Assembly (NCBI GenBank): GCA_951406725.2
Contig: OX597825.1
Span: 64,542,001 to 64,606,000, forward strand
Direction: 5' to 3'
DNA: 64,000 nucleotides
Source of the DNA: Octopus vulgaris
Lineage: Eukaryota
The translations under genes were made by a program, and so were the position numbers. Shown here piece by piece: positions 1 to 14,007 of this stretch. Within the stretch, counting starts at the first letter, position 1; each line of letters starts with the position of its first letter. The notes under the pieces were generated by a model. It was not told the origin of the DNA. It worked only from the letters and a program-made list of their open reading frames with translations, and made no database searches.

Positions 1-570
1 AATGTTAATATGTGTTAATATGCAAGAGAAACTAGATAGAATCACTTCTGTTGTTGGGATCAGAGACTGAATGAAGTAATATAGCGAACGGATTGGGGGC
101 TGGCTTTTGAAATATATTTCACTAGAATTGACATGAGTTTAACATATATATGATCATTTCACATGCTAAAAGTAGCAGCCAAATATGTTTTCTACAACAC
201 CGCGCCGTTTTACAGAGATTACAACAGGAAATTTAACTGGATTTTAAATGGAATAAGAATTCTGTTGAATCGTTAATAAGAATGCTGTTGTTGATCACGA
301 GGAACAACACTGATTCCGTTTTCCTGTGGTCGAAAGATGTGCTTTTAGAAGTGTCAGATACTAAATTGGTCAATTTATACTTTCCTGTTTATAACAGATC
401 AAGTAGTCATGACTCGTTTCAGTCCCGGTCAAAGAAGGCCATTCTTGCTATATTTTAGCTTTTGTTTTCATTTTTTAATTGTTTCACTCAGTTGACCATG
501 TTGGGGCATTGCCGTGAAGGCTTTTAATCCGAACGAGTCCTTTTTTTAAAGCCTGATAATTATTATCTGG

Positions 571-835
571 TGGAGGCACATGGCTTATTGGTTAAGATGT
601 CAGCATCATGATCATAAAATTGTGGTTTCGATTCCTGGACTGGCCGACGCGTTGTGTTCTTGAGCAAAACACTTCATTTCCCGTTGCTCCAGTCCACTCA
701 GCTGGCAAAAATAAGTAACGCCGCGATGGACTGGTGTCCCGTCCAGCTGGGGAACACCTAAGCCATATAGAGACCGGGAAACGGGGCCCATGAGCCTGGT
801 TGGGCTTTAAAAGGGTGCATTTATTTAATTTATTT
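571..835 (+). mobile_element. tRNA-derived SINE, family D
   Basis: Head with A-box-like TGGCTTATTGGTT and B-box-like GGTTTCGATTCC, then TGTGTTCTTGAGCAAAACACTT...TTGCTCCAGTCCACTCAGCTG. A closely similar copy lies at 3324-3548. Confidence 0.85.
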
Positions 836-1140
836 CATTATTCCCTCGGTCTCTTTTACAGAACAGCTAATATACGAGGACCTATAAATACTAACGCTGG
901 TTATATATATATACATACGTCGGGCTTCTTTCAGTTTCCATCTTCGAAATCCGCTCAGAAAACTTTGGTAGGCTGTAATTAGTTTTTGCTCACTATGAAA
1001 TTGATATGAATAACAGGGAAACTTGATTAAAACAAAAGTAAAAACTGTAAAAGCACAGCAAACCAAAGATAACATTTAATAATGTTAATGCATTGTACAT
1101 GAGTGATATGGTTTAATATTACAGGAAAATTGATTACTCT

Positions 1141-1573
1141 TACTCTTTTACTCTTTTACTTGTTTCAGTCATTTGACTGCGGCCATGCTGGAGCACCGCC
1201 TTTAATCGAGCAACTCGACCCCGGGACTTATTCTTTGTAAGCCCGGTATTTATTCTATCAGTCTCTTTTGCCGAACAGCTAAGGTGACGGGGACATAAAC
1301 ACGCCAGCATCGGTTGTCAAGCGATGTTGGATGGGACAAATACAGACACAAAAACATATACAGACACACAAACATATACACACACATACATATATATATA
1401 TACATATATATGACGGGCTTCTTTCATTTTCCGTCTACCAAATCCACTCACAAGGCTTTGGTCGGCCCGAGGCTATAGTTGAAGACACTTACCCAAGGTG
1501 CCCCGCAGTGGGACTGAACCCGGAACAATGTGGTTCGTAAGCAAGCTACTTACCACACAGCCACTCCTACGCC
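1141..1573 (-). mobile_element. tRNA-derived SINE, family A (internal CA/TA microsatellite)
   Basis: Reverse complement of the head GGCGYAGGAGTGGCTGTGTGGTAAG..GGTTCAGTCCC, central microsatellite and (GTAAAAGA)n tail. More than 10 copies or fragments occur in the window. Confidence 0.9.
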
Positions 1574-2582
1574 TATATTCTGATTGCTACAGAATAATAT
1601 TTTTAGGCAGAGGTTTCACATTTCTCCGCTCCTCTTTCAGTGGGACTGAACCAGGAACCACGTGGTTAGGAAGCGAACTTCTTACCACACAGCCACGTCT
1701 GTGTCTTTTCATTGTACCTGGTATTTGTTTTTTAGAGACTGCATCAAGTTCTACTCCGAGAGATGTATTTCTTTCTTAACGACATTCAGATTTATATCTT
1801 AAAAGACATTTGATACAAGAAATCTGTATCCCTTCGTCTTTTACATATAGCATGCAAGAATTCTTCCTCTATCATTTGAATGTATTTCTTCTTTTTATTT
1901 TTTTTTATAGTCTGTACAGCGAATGACAGTAACCTTGTGTACTATCTTTCCTTATTATTTGAAATTCTATCCAATATTTTTCTGTTGCACTTTGTGGAAA
2001 CAATAATGGATTTTAGTGAAATTAGGGGTTATTTCGCTAACTCCATTCTCTCAAGAATGATAATGATACAAAAGAATTAGTAACGATCCAGCGTTCTATT
2101 CTAAACCAGTACATTAGATCGAACGATATTTTTTATCGTAAAGTAAGGCTGCTTTTAAGAACATACAGTAGAATGCGTTGTGGTGATTGCTGAAAGGAAA
2201 AGTGAGCATAGTTTTACATTCTCTGGCCAGATCTTGGAAATACTTTAAGAGTAAAGTGGCATCCATTTCAACTAAAAGTCATTCAGCTGATAATATATTG
2301 GTAAAAGATATGTTTATTCCCAATTTGAGACAAATTAGGGTTCACAATCGAAGGATATGATGTGAGTAACATTATTATTGACAGGAATTTGGTTTTACTT
2401 CCATTTTTTTCCCAAAGTATTGTTGAAAATATCGATACCAAAATGGGATTACTTGTCCATTTCGATTATTAAGAAGCGGTGATATATTTTTCAATACACT
2501 GAAGAATTTTCAGTAAATGTTTTGTCATAGGTAATTTATTTAATCATTTTATCATTTTTTTTGTATTGTGGTGGCTATTGTC

Positions 2583-2807
2583 GTCTTCTTCTTCTTCTTC
2601 TTCTTCTTCTTCTTCTTCTTCTTCTTCTTCTTCTTCTTCTTCTTCTTCTTCTTCTTCTTCTTCTTCTTCTTCTTCTTCATCATCTTCTTCTTCTTCTCCT
2701 TCTTCTTCTTCTTTTTCGTTTTCTTCTTCTTCTTCTTCTTCTTTTTCTTCTTGTTCTTGTTCTTGTTCTTCTTCTTCTTCTTCTTCTTATTCTTATTCTT
2801 CTTCTTC
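2583..2807. repeat. (TTC)n microsatellite, partly degenerate
   Basis: Read directly; explains the poly-K/F/S/L ORFs. Confidence 0.98.
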
Positions 2808-3084
2808 CAATCAGGACTCATGCCATTACCCACAAGTAATAATCTCTAATTCGAGCCTACTCTAAGCTACTAAGAATGCGTGTGGCAAATTGAAGATCCA
2901 CCCACCACAGGCGATAGACTGGCGGTTGCACGGGCGCGAAAGCTACGTTGTTATCCTCATTCCGTAAACGGTGGCTTTTAACGGGTGAAGAGCTGAAACA
3001 TCCTGGGATACAGAAGATTCGCAATCTGGACTAGGGTCTGAAAGTTTACCACACCATAGTGGGTTACATCATGGTTCCTCTGCT

Positions 3085-3275
3085 TTGTGGCAGAAGTAGG
3101 AAGAAAGAGTTAGAGGAAGTTGTGGTGAAAGAGTACGGCGGAGTTCACCATCAACCCCCGCCGGAACCTCGTGGAGCTTAGGCGTTTTTGCTCAATATAC
3201 ACTGACAATGCCCGATCTGGGAATCGAAACCGTGTTCTTACGCTGCCCTAACCACTGGGCCATTCCGCCTCCACT
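3085..3275 (-). mobile_element. SINE family C, 5' part
   Basis: Reverse complement of GGAGGCG.AATGGCCCAGTGGTTAGGG...GGTTTCGATTCCCAGA; matches 36111-36499. Confidence 0.8.
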
Positions 3276-3323
3276 GGTGGCTGTTGTTTAGCCACAGCGG
3301 TATCCCTAGCTATTGTTCGCAAC

Positions 3324-3548
3324 AGTGAAGGCGCGTGGCTTAGTGGTTAGTGTGTCAGCATCATGATCGTAAGATTGTGGTTTCGATTCCTGGACCGGGC
3401 GACGCGTTGTTTTCTTGAGCAAAACACTTCACGTTGCTCCAGTCCACTCAGTTGGCAAAAATGAGTAACACCGCGATGGACTGACGTCCCGTCCAGCTGG
3501 GGAGGACATACGCCATAGGCTTTAAAAGGGCGCATTGATTTTATTTTT
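3324..3548 (+). mobile_element. SINE family D with 13-bp target-site duplication (TSD)
   Basis: TATTGTTCGCAAC at 3311-3323 and 3549-3561 flanks the element. Confidence 0.9.
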
Positions 3549-3599
3549 TATTGTTCGCAACTGAACCTGATCAATCTGTGGAAATGCGCCCCATTCTGT

Positions 3600-3805
3600 T
3601 GCAGGATTAAGAAGACTTGTCAAAAGACTTCATACTGTGACACCAGTCCCTTCTGGCAGGCAGTACAACAGTGTATTATGCAATAAAATGTGCAAATCTT
3701 TGTCGGGGATCAAGTCATATAAGAGCTTCACATTGCATCATCAATGACTCATTTCAATGATTCTTTCTAGCAATGGCTTTGCTTGTATACAAGAAAGCAG
3801 CCACT
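3600..3805 (+). mobile_element. Decayed 3' end of an RTE/Bov-B-type LINE
   Basis: Translates to CNKMCKSLSGIKS, like the C-terminal zinc finger CxxCxKxCxSxxGLxSH of RTE ORFs. The tail ends at a (TATG)n tract. Confidence 0.5.
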
Positions 3806-3847
3806 ATATATGTATGTATTATGTATGTACGTATGTATGTATGTATT

Positions 3848-4248
3848 TAAGGCGGATTAACTGTTGAGAGTCAACGGCCATCCAATAAATGTCTTAAGGA
3901 TGTATCATGCGCGGGGACATATAAATAATCGGACTGAATACCCGATCGCGCTGTTAAACCATTGGGAGTGAAGGACTCCTAGCCTTTGTTAGGGCATCCT
4001 TCTAGGAGATGGTAACTCAAGTAACTGGGATAACTCCGACATAAAACCTGCGGCTCAGTGGTTACCGATGATGTTGACTTGTTCTTCTTTTCGGATTATG
4101 GCTGCTGTTGCTTAGTGAGTGGGATTGATTCAGTACACAGCCTTTCCTCACTTTAAAAACAAAATCTTCTTGCACAGGCGTTGCACAATAACAACATTGA
4201 TTAAGATTCGTGCAATGGCCATATTCGATAACGAGGGGGCAGCCACCA
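3848..4248 (+). mobile_element. Short retroposon with RTE-like 5'UTR and tail between (TATG)n tracts
   Basis: GGGCATCCTTCTAGGAGATGGTAACTC resembles an RTE 5'UTR motif. The 3' end GAGGGGGCAGCCACC resembles the end at about 3800. Confidence 0.45.
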
Positions 4249-5766
4249 TGTATGTATGTATGTATGTATGTATGTATGTATGTATGTATGCATGCATGCA
4301 TGTATCTATCTATCTATGAAAGTGTGCTGCGGAACAGATTTAGTTGCCATTTCTCGTTGGACGAACAATAACATAGAGTCACTCACATTCGTTTGACATT
4401 ATTACTATAAAATGCTGGCGTAAATTTTGGTACCGAGGTAGCCATTCCCACTCTGTCTCTGCCTATTTGATCAAAGCGTTTATTTATTTATATTTCCACA
4501 GCTCAGAGAGTAATTTAGATTAACTTTCATCTGATATGCACAAACAAATATTTTAATGATTACTAAGCTTTTATGTCGTTTTTTGTTTTTATGTAAATTA
4601 GTTTTCACCTTTTATCTGTTCAGACTTGGTATTTTATCTTTTGAATATTCAGTAGAAATTGAGAGCCTTGAGGTAATATTTTATGCTATTTATTTTTTTT
4701 TTTTTTATTTCATTATATCTTTTTTTTTCAGGATATATGCTACTGATTTATTAGTTGTATTTCATTCCCTGTATCGTTGGAAGAGATTTTAGCTTTGTTT
4801 TAAGTAGGCTTAGATTTTGCGGACCCCACCTATTCTATAGAAGGGCTGTACCAGTAAGAAAAATGTGGTATGTATGTTTTCAAGCGATCTTGACTACTAT
4901 TACAGTTTAGTAGAATTTTCGACGGCCATTGTATTTGTAGTTGTTTATTGTGTTGTTGCTATTATTACTGCTGCTACCGCTGTTATTGTTGTTGTTGATG
5001 TTTTTGTTGATGTTGTTGTTCTTCTTCTTTATTCAAAGAACTTAAGGAATCGATCATAGTTACAATCAAAAATTGTATTCCTTTCGGACAAGGCCGTTAC
5101 TGGAAGACCGTATACACAGTATTCCTCTTTTAAGACAATAATGCATTATACGATTGTAATTTCTTGCTGGGCGATCTATCAAGCGCCCGAGCGAACTCCG
5201 TCTATGACCATCGTGTATGTAGTTCATTTATAATATACACTAAAACACATTATATAATGTGTTGTTTCATAATACAGTTGAGTTATACGGTGCTGTTATT
5301 TCTAGCATGCCATGCAACTGTGTATATTTTCTGTTCTTGCTTTCCTCATGCATTGGGAGTTTGTTTACAGCTAATGATTTTATCAATATTTATCAATATC
5401 ATTAATGTTTTGCAATAGGGATGCTGATAACCTTTTTCGAAATGGCAAAACGTGACGGGAGATTAATCCTGCGGAGTTGATTTCAAATATCCCAGATAAG
5501 ACAATAAAATGCATCCGATGGTGAAGCTCCAGCTAGGTCATCCTCGTGTTACAGAGAGTATGGAACTACTGCTTAGCTATCTCTACTCCCAAATTTACTC
5601 TGCCTGGTACAATAATTACATGTTAGGAATCTCTTTTACCAGAAGAGTGACACTACGGGTAAAGTATAGAAGACACGAGGCGAAGCTTAGTCTAGGCGTA
5701 TCATACTTGCTGGTGGGTAGACCTACCCTGATGTCGCTGAGCTAGATGCCTGACTAAGGATTGGAT

Positions 5767-5997
5767 CAATAGTTCTCAACCGGGGTCCATATAAGATTCT
5801 GTTGTTAAAAATTGTGCAACAAATCGGTTATGCCCCTACAACACACAAAATGTTCATTTTTGCTTATATCATTCCTAATATTTAATTATAAAAATACAAT
5901 AAGGCTTTCTTTTTAAACAACGAAATGCTAAGGGGTTCTACCCGTGTGAAATAAGAATCAAAGGAGATCATAAGAAAAAAATGATTGAGGCCCACAG
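5767..5997. mobile_element. Decayed hAT (Charlie-like) MITE
   Basis: Ends CAATAGTTCTCAACC and GATTGAGGCCCACAG are degenerate forms of CAGTGGTTCTCAACC and GGTTGAGAACCACTG. Confidence 0.55.
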
Positions 5998-6799
5998 TTT
6001 ATACAATCATTGTAACTTCAAATTAAGCTCGGGAGAGCTACAGGCTAGCATAGTAATCTCAGTAAACTGGTGGAAGGGAAAGTGAAACTTTTCCTGTATC
6101 CCTTTCCTCGTCTCATCTCTCCACATCTCTATGTATGTATGTATGTATGTATGTATGTATGTATGTATGTATGTATGTATGTATGTACGTATGTATGTAC
6201 GTATGTATGTATGTATGTATGTATGTATGTATGTATGTATGTACGCACGTACGTTTGTATGTATGTATGTGTGTATATATGTATGTGTGTATGTATGTGT
6301 ATAGCAATGTATGTATGTATTATGTATCCATTTATCTATCTATTTCTCTCTCTGACCAATTTAGTCTCCTGATGGCTGGAAATATGCAGTTAGCTTGGTA
6401 TGAAAAAAAAAATTACAAAACAAATAGTCGTGAAATACGAATGTTATATAAGCACGTTCGTTGTGATTGTACAGGTATGTTGTTCTTAATGGTACTTTTA
6501 TTTTTATTTATGGGATTCAAGGTGGAGTACACAAATTATTTATGGCTCTGAGATATGTACGGTAAATTACGGCCGGCTTTCATGTACGTGCTACTGCTGT
6601 CTTGCAGCGGTGAGTATAGAGATATATGTTGCGGATAATTTGTGAGAAAGAAACCCAAATATGTAGATTAGAAAGAAATATATTTTTGTTTGGGTTATGC
6701 TTCAGTATTTTATTTTTATTTTCTATTATCTTTTTCTTTTCCCGGCTTCGTTGGTTTTTCTGAATATATAAACTTGCTGGTAGTAAATTTGCTCATTAT

Positions 6800-6849
<50 letters not shown>

Positions 6850-6890
6850 AGAGTGCGAGTATGTAGGTATATGTATATATATTTATGTAT

Positions 6891-6940
<50 letters not shown>

Positions 6941-7542
6941 TGAGGTGAAGGATTATGTATATGTAAGTATACTCATGTACATACATATATGCATATATAC
7001 ATATATATGTATGTATGTGTTTACATGTATAGGTAGGTAGGTAGGTAGGTAGGTAGGTAGGTATGTGTGTGTGTGCGTGTGTGTATGTATGTTCATGCAA
7101 ACACGTAAATATCCATATATGTACCTTTGCGTATATATTCCTCATGCAAAACTTTCCACTACCATTATTTTGAATTATGTGATCAGTGAATTATTGATCC
7201 ACAAAGCACTATATCTAATAGTCATACTAACGTCTTTGCAGCTGTATGTGGACACTGCTTCACTGAGAACATACAAGACTAAAAGCTATCAGGAATCTTC
7301 ACCAAACTTCCTAAATACCATACTAAATGCCCTTTTCATATCTTCATTTAACTTTTGGTCGATTGATATCTCGAAAAAAACCTCCACTAGTTTTAGCTGA
7401 ATTTTTTTCTCACTATACCTATAAATTCAGCTGAGGAACTATTGTTATTGACTTTCTGTACAATATGTGGTTGCCTATATTTAACTATATACAGTCTATC
7501 TCAAGCCAATCATAGGAGATTTTCCAATACATTTATTTGGAC

Positions 7543-7591
<49 letters not shown>

Positions 7592-7595
<4 letters not shown>

Positions 7596-7737
7596 CCCCT
7601 GCTTTATTTTTGTGTTGCTTTCTGTCGATGATCGTTGGCTGGAAACGTAAACGACTTTCCCAGTTCCCGAGCGTTAAACTAATGCATCTATTTCCTGTTT
7701 ACACACCTATCTTCGTCTTTTGTTTTTCGTATATTCT

Positions 7738-7740
<3 letters not shown>
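7592..7740 (+). mobile_element. Short hammerhead-motif element (degenerate copy) within (TA)n
   Basis: CTTT-CTGTCGA-TGATCGTTGGCTG-GAAACGT-A-AACG at 7618-7653, then TTCCCGAGCGTT. Homologous to 15092-15260 and 60769-60980. Confidence 0.6.
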
Positions 7741-7818
<78 letters not shown>

Positions 7819-8039
7819 TGTATGTATGTATGTATGTATGTATGTATGTATGTATGTATGTATGCATGCATGCATGTATGTATGTATATATATTACTTGT
7901 TTCAGTCTGTTTAAAGAGAACTAAAATATGAATAATTACTGAGCAAACAACTTACAGTTTTGAAATTACATTCACTTAAAACGTGATTAAAATATTGTGT
8001 TTGACAAAAGTGAAGATAGAGACATTTGCTGTAACTGCT

Positions 8040-9110
8040 GGAGATTTTAATTGGTTTCATTTTTACATAGTGTTTGTTTATTAGTTTGTAGTACATGTGT
8101 TTGGGGTTGAAGGGTTTTCTGAAATAATTTGGCTACTGTTATAGGGACTTGTATGTTGGAGGGTGGATTAAACCAGAAGGTTATTCTTTTTCTATAGTTA
8201 TGTATGTTCATATTTGTGCGAGATTTGTTGTTCATACATTGCACTTTTTCCCTGTAACCTCTGTTGTTGACAGCTTCGCTATATGGGGTGTTATTTCTTT
8301 TTGTTTATTTTAATTTAAAGAAAAGAGGAAAAAGAAAAAGAAATGATCGTTACTAAGTTTTTAATAATGCTTTTGGGGTGGTTGTATTCTTTAGGTATAT
8401 ACTGAAATTTTTCGTTATCTTTCTTGTATGATTTATAGATACTGGATTCCAGGTCGATAGTAATGCCAAGAAAGTTGACTGTAATTTATTTGTGCTTCTA
8501 CAGTAATAGTGAAGCTCAATTTTTTTAAGAAGAGACATAGTGTCTTCCCAAATTTATCGAGGATTGTTTGTAGGTTTTAGTTCCTTAGCAGGAGTACACC
8601 ATCGTCCGTATAAAGACCATCTGTGACGGATGGATATTTATTGTGTAAAAAAACAACGATGTGGCTTACCTCTACCGAGTCTTTTGATCCCATACTTACA
8701 TAAAATGATTTATTAGTGATTTATTTAATTCTTAATTCAGAAAACATTGCTACGGTTTCTGAAAAGGAGCGGTTTCCTTGCAGATAAAATTGTTTTTATT
8801 TCGGTGTCGTTTCTTGTGGTTATGGTTTTAGCGAAGTTCAAAGCAGCTATGAGAATACTATTGAAGCATAATAATCTCTTATGTGAAACTGGTAGAAATG
8901 TTATTCATTTTTGTTTGGGATTTTGTTGAGCCAATCTATTACTTCGAAGTGTTACTCCATAGAGTTAATATCGATTTTAAATATATTTTGGTGAACATTT
9001 GTCTATGATTTTTTTCTATTATTGATAACTATGACCGTTTTCAAAGGATTTACAAGTCTGACGGATGGGTTGCACTTGAAATTTGGTTGTTGGCCTTTCA
9101 TAGATGTATA
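8040..9110 (-). pseudogene. Penelope-like element (Neptune-type) reverse transcriptase, decayed
   Basis: Minus-strand motifs occur in the expected order: [20 protein letters not shown] (about TLKDHKxNFxxNPxCRLINP), ALNFAK..ILSARKPLLF, FYVSMGSKDSVEV (about FDVTMGSxDGAEV), GLYTDDGVL (about GLYRDDGL), RKRITFWFNPP, KLINK..IKIS. Stops and frameshifts are present. Confidence 0.85.
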
Positions 9111-9183
9111 CAAACACTTATGTGTGTGTGGGCTTGCGTGAGTATATAGATACATATATATATATACATATATATATATATAG

Positions 9184-9244
<61 letters not shown>

Positions 9245-9569
9245 GCGGACAATTTAAACTGGTCGTGTTGCATACGTGCATATATATGTATGTATACGTT
9301 CGTATATGTAAGTATTTGTATGCTGTATGTATATACATGTTTGTATTTATGTTACTTTCTGCGTATATTCCACTGTAGAGGCAACGCATTTCTTATGCAA
9401 AGCCAGAAATCCAGGATCTGGAATTATCCAGTAATCTTTTGCTAGTTTATCTTGTCTTTTTGTCTTATCTTCTGGTGCAGTATGAACATTTAATGTGGTT
9501 TTAGAGTCAGGTTTTGGCTGCTACTTCCAGTGTGGCGGTATCTTTTAGATACCCTAATTATAATTTATA

Positions 9570-10002
9570 TATATATATATATATATAAACGGCAGTTTGT
9601 CTGTCTGTGTGTCTGTGTGGCTGTCAGGTTGTACCCTCACCCTGACCATGGCTTTCAACCGATTCTGATGAAACTTGACACACACATAGCCCAATGTCAT
9701 AATTCGAAACTAACGCAGCGAAAATTTTGAAAAGTTCCCCCAGTTCTGAAAACAATCGATAAATTCGACATGGGGTCGAGAATCTAAACTCTTTATATGC
9801 AACACATTTTCTGTTGTAGTTTTCGCAACTTGCAATCGGGAGACAGCTTGGAACATCGTATACATAGAAGTATTCGAATGAAGAGAAGACATTGCAACCT
9901 ACACATGCGCCTTCGTTCCCTAGAGGGAAAGAACTAGATTGGGATTAGTCGTTGCCTACTAGGGGCTCTTACATACCCGGGCAACGCCGGCCTATGCTGC
10001 TA

Positions 10003-10003
<1 letters not shown>
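9570..10003 (+). mobile_element. Non-autonomous Helitron-type element
   Basis: 5' TATATAAA..(TGTC)n..CAACCGATTCTGATGAAACTTG. The 3' end has hairpin CCGGGCAACGCCGG followed by CTAG|T. Confidence 0.8.
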
Positions 10004-10061
<58 letters not shown>

Positions 10062-11476
10062 ATTCGTATCACAATAGCTCGTTTACTTCATGCCTCCCTT
10101 TCCTCCATCCAAGTTTCTAACCTCCAGCTGATTTTGTACATGTTTGACAAGTTCGATCATTTCTTTGTTTACTATGTTCTGTGGCCCATGACAATAGAAA
10201 TCCATCTTTCTTTCACCGGCAATGTTTCACAAACACCGTCGCAATGAAGAATATAGTTATATAAACTGATAGTCATACCATTAATCGATCAGGAATACTA
10301 TCCACACAATTACAGTATTTTGGGAAATGGTTCCCACAAAGTTGAGATATACAAAGAGGAAAACGTTTCTGATTTTTAAAAAATCACAACGATACAAGTA
10401 AACACAATATCGGTGCTTCATTAAATTTCACAGATAAATATATTATCTATAATTGTCCTCGTTGGCATCGATGCTGATATGAAACTGCAGAGCTGAACAC
10501 CCAAATCAAAGACCCGAATTAAATTTCATGGGGCATTTCATGCAGCTTAAAATTAAATAGTAACTGTACACTTGGACACTTTATTTTTCTTGTGATACCA
10601 TACTTTGTGTAATATATCATCAAGAAATGGCTTATGGCATTATATTTGGTAAAGAACCAATAGTGTGTAAAACTGTTTCAAAATATTAAAAGTTAGCATA
10701 AAACTATTTTAAATTTCTTTTTAAATTGTTTTGTTTAGAAGTCAAATTTGTATGATTGCTCTGTTCAGTTCATATCGAAAGTGATACACAAAATAATTTT
10801 TGGTGATTGAATTACAGTTATATAACCTGCCTACTAACACTACACATGATTCATAATTACCTTCTATCGTTGTAACTCATTACCAAGTAGAGAGGAAGGA
10901 TACCATTTTGCAACTTGAAAACCGTATATAGGTTAAAATTTAATGTAATATCCTGTCTTCTGCATCTCTCCATATTTATTCGTTGTTCTGCTCTACAAGA
11001 CATTTGTTTTCTTAATCTTAATTTTTGGTTTTTAGCCAACTGTTCAAATCCTTGTTTTCTATTCTTTTGTAGTTTCATCTATTTGCTTTCATTTTTGTCA
11101 TTTTATATGTCTATCATTTTCCCTCCCACTCTATTATTTTATTTCTCTGCCTTTATCACTTTCCTGCTCTCAGTTCTTCATCTGATACTCCCTCACATTT
11201 TACAATTGTTATTGTCTTTCTCACTTTCTGATAGTTTCTTTCTATTACACCGTCATTTCTTGAACTTTGATTCTTTCCTGCTGTTTCCCAGTCTTCTTTG
11301 ATGTTTCTTTTATGCCTACATTTCTCCCCTCCTCGCGACTGTTTATACAAAAATAACAACTTAATGGTTACACTCATTTTGATCGCTAATACAGTTATAT
11401 TACTTTCCGGAAGCCATCGATTGCTAATGTAAAACCGAAGTACAATAATTTCCTCTACAATTTTTCGTTAAATACC

Positions 11477-11677
11477 TATTTCTTTATTACCCACAAGGGG
11501 CTAAACACAGAGGGGACAAGCAAGGACAAACATAGGTATTAAGTCGATTACATCGACCCCAGTGCGTAACTGGTACTTAATTTATCTACCCCGAAAGGAT
11601 AAAAGGCAAAGTCGACCTCGCCGGAATTTGAACTCACAACGAAACGCAGACGAAATACCGCTAAGCATTTCGTCCGG
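11477..11677 (-). mobile_element. SINE family B (tail type 1), 5'-truncated, 11-bp TSD
   Basis: CGTTAAATACC at 11466-11476 and 11678-11688. Contains the family core, consensus CCTTTCATCCTTTCGGGGTCGATAAATTAAGTACCAG. Confidence 0.9.
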
Positions 11678-11859
11678 CGTTAAATACCAATTTCTACATT
11701 GTGCAACTCGCTAATAGAAACCAGTGAAATATTAAGACGTTTGTCCCATTCCTATACTTGTAGATTATCTAATCTACTTAGTAATGCTAAGAATACAAGT
11801 ACAACATATTACATGCATAGTACGACTTCTTCCTCATCATTACTAGTATATGAGTTTCA

Positions 11860-12688
11860 AATTTTGGCACAAGGCCAGAAAGTTCGGGATCGGGGTTAAC
11901 TCAATTACATCGACCCCAATGTTCAACTGGTACTTATTTTATCGAGCTCGAAAGGATAAAAGGCAAAACTAACTTTGGCAGATTTTGATTTCAAAACGTA
12001 ATAACGGACAAAATGCCGCTTAGCATTTTGCGCAGCGTGCTAAAGATTCAGCTAGCTCAGCACTTTAATACCAGAATAGATATTCTTTTCTACTCTAGGC
12101 ACAAGGCCCGAAATTTTGGCGGAGTGGGGTCAGTCGATTAGATCGACCCCGGTGCAGAACTGGTAATTAATTTATCATTCCTGAAAAGATGAAAGGCAAA
12201 GTCGACCTCGGCAGAATTTGAACTCAGAACGTAAAGACAGACGAAATACCTCAAAGCATTTCGTCCGGCGTGCTAACGTTTCTTATTTATATTTATACAC
12301 AAAGAGGGGACAAACAAGGACAGACAAACGGATTAAGTCGATTATATCGACCACATTGTGTAACTGATACTTATTTAATCGACCGCGAAAGGATGAAAGG
12401 CAAATTCGACCTCGGCGGATTTTGAACTCAGAACGTAGTAGCAGAAGAAATACTTATTTCTTTACTACGCACAAGGGGATAAACACAGAAAGGACAAACA
12501 AGGACAGACAAACGGATTCAGTCGATTATATTGACCACAATGCGTAACTGGTACTTATTTAATCGACCCCGAAAGGATGAAAAGCAAAGTCGACCTCGGC
12601 GGAATTTGAACTCAGAATGTAGTGGCAGACGAAATACTGTTAAGCATTTCGCCCGGCGTGCTAACATTTCTGCCAGCTCGCCGCCTTA
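11860..12688 (-). mobile_element. Cluster of SINE B copies: one old monomer plus a head-to-tail trimer at 12080-12688
   Basis: Four cores related to AAAGGATGAAAGGCAAAGTCGACCTCGGCGGAATTTGAACTC. Confidence 0.9.
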
Positions 12689-13152
12689 CCAAAATTAATA
12701 TTGATGCCAAGAGAGAGTTGGAGAGCTATAACCATTTACTGCCACCACCTATGTGAGACTGAAAATGAAATTCAACTTTGAAATAAGTTAATTTGATAAA
12801 TATATTTCTAGGATTTTAACAATCAAAGTTTATATTCGAGGGAGCAATAACAAACCAAGGAACAGTCCATCAGGCCTTCTCTACTGATTTTCTGTTCATC
12901 AGTGGAAATGATATTTGGCAGTTATGCGGTCACTGTACACCTACAACTGATGTAACACTTTATGCTGAAATCACGTGATCCATGATATCCGGCACCTATG
13001 CCTAACGAATCTCGTTTGCTACAATGCGGGTTTGTGCTTTTAAGCAACTTGCATCAACACCATTTGGCCTATATGTATTAATATTAAATTACACACACAC
13101 TTATATATACATATTTGTGTCTGTGTATATGTATATATATATATATATATAT

Positions 13153-14007
13153 ATTCAAAGGTGTCAAATTGTTGGTGCTCGTATGTCAGGCGCTAGCGTA
13201 ACGAAAACAGTCGAAATGTTTGGTATATCAACAAGTACTGATAGTATTTGAATGTAATGACAGCCTTTGAGAAAGGGAAAAAACCTCTTCGTCGAAACGA
13301 AACTCTGGAAGACAACCAAAACTTTCAGATAGGGCTGTTCATACTCTTACGTGAATTCTTAGAAAGGATCACAAAATTACAGCACGCAAAATTACTACAG
13401 AGCTTAATGACCACCTCATGAACCCAGTTTCCACAAAAACTGTTCACCGGGAGCAGCACAAAGCCGGATTTCACGCGAGGGCTGCAATCAGAAAACCACT
13501 ACTTTCAAAAACAAAAGTTGAAAAGCGTTTAGAGTGAGTAAACACCTACAGAAGTGGAATAATGTTATTTTCTCAGACGAGTCATCCTTTACCTTATTTC
13601 TGATCACCGGCTGAATATACGTGTCGATGCAGCCAAAAGAACCATTTGAACCTGACTGACTTCTTCCACATATTAGACATGGAGGAGGATCTGTGATGAT
13701 CTGGGGTGGGATCTATATCTTGGAAATCCGAGGGCCCAATGGTTTCCCTTCATGGAAGAATTAATAGTCAAGTCTATTTTAAAACTTTATCTGATCAAAT
13801 TTATCCTATGTTTGCGGAACTGTTTCCGGAGGGAAACGCAATCTTTCAGGATGATAATGCACCAATTCACACAGCTAAAGTTGTTATTGAATGGCACGCG
13901 GAACATTCTAGTAAAGTTGAACATCTTATCTGGTCACCACAGTCCCCAGATCTCAATATTATTGAACATTTATGGTGCATTTTAGAAAAGCATGTAAGGT
14001 GGCAATA

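Noticed and set aside
1331-1779. Recurrent peptides such as YDGLLSVSVYQIHSQGFGRPEAIVEDT and RKDERQSRPRRNLNS in many ORFs
   Set aside because: These are antisense translations of SINE A and SINE B; the recurrence reflects repeat copies.
2552-2865. Long poly-K/L/S/F ORFs, and likewise the YI-, MYVC-, HTYI- and poly-T/V-rich ORFs across the window
   Set aside because: They are translations of microsatellites that lack stop codons, not genes.
2980-3005. GTGAAGAGCTGAAAC hammerhead-like string
   Set aside because: The core is wrong and no stems can be formed.
9660-9680. CTGATGAAAC hammerhead-like string
   Set aside because: There is no stem II between CTGATGA and GAAA; it is part of the usual Helitron CCGATT..GATGAAA motif.
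11860-12688. Regularly spaced repeats resembling a CRISPR array
   Set aside because: The units are whole SINEs of about 180 bp without unique spacers, no cas genes are present, and the DNA is eukaryotic.
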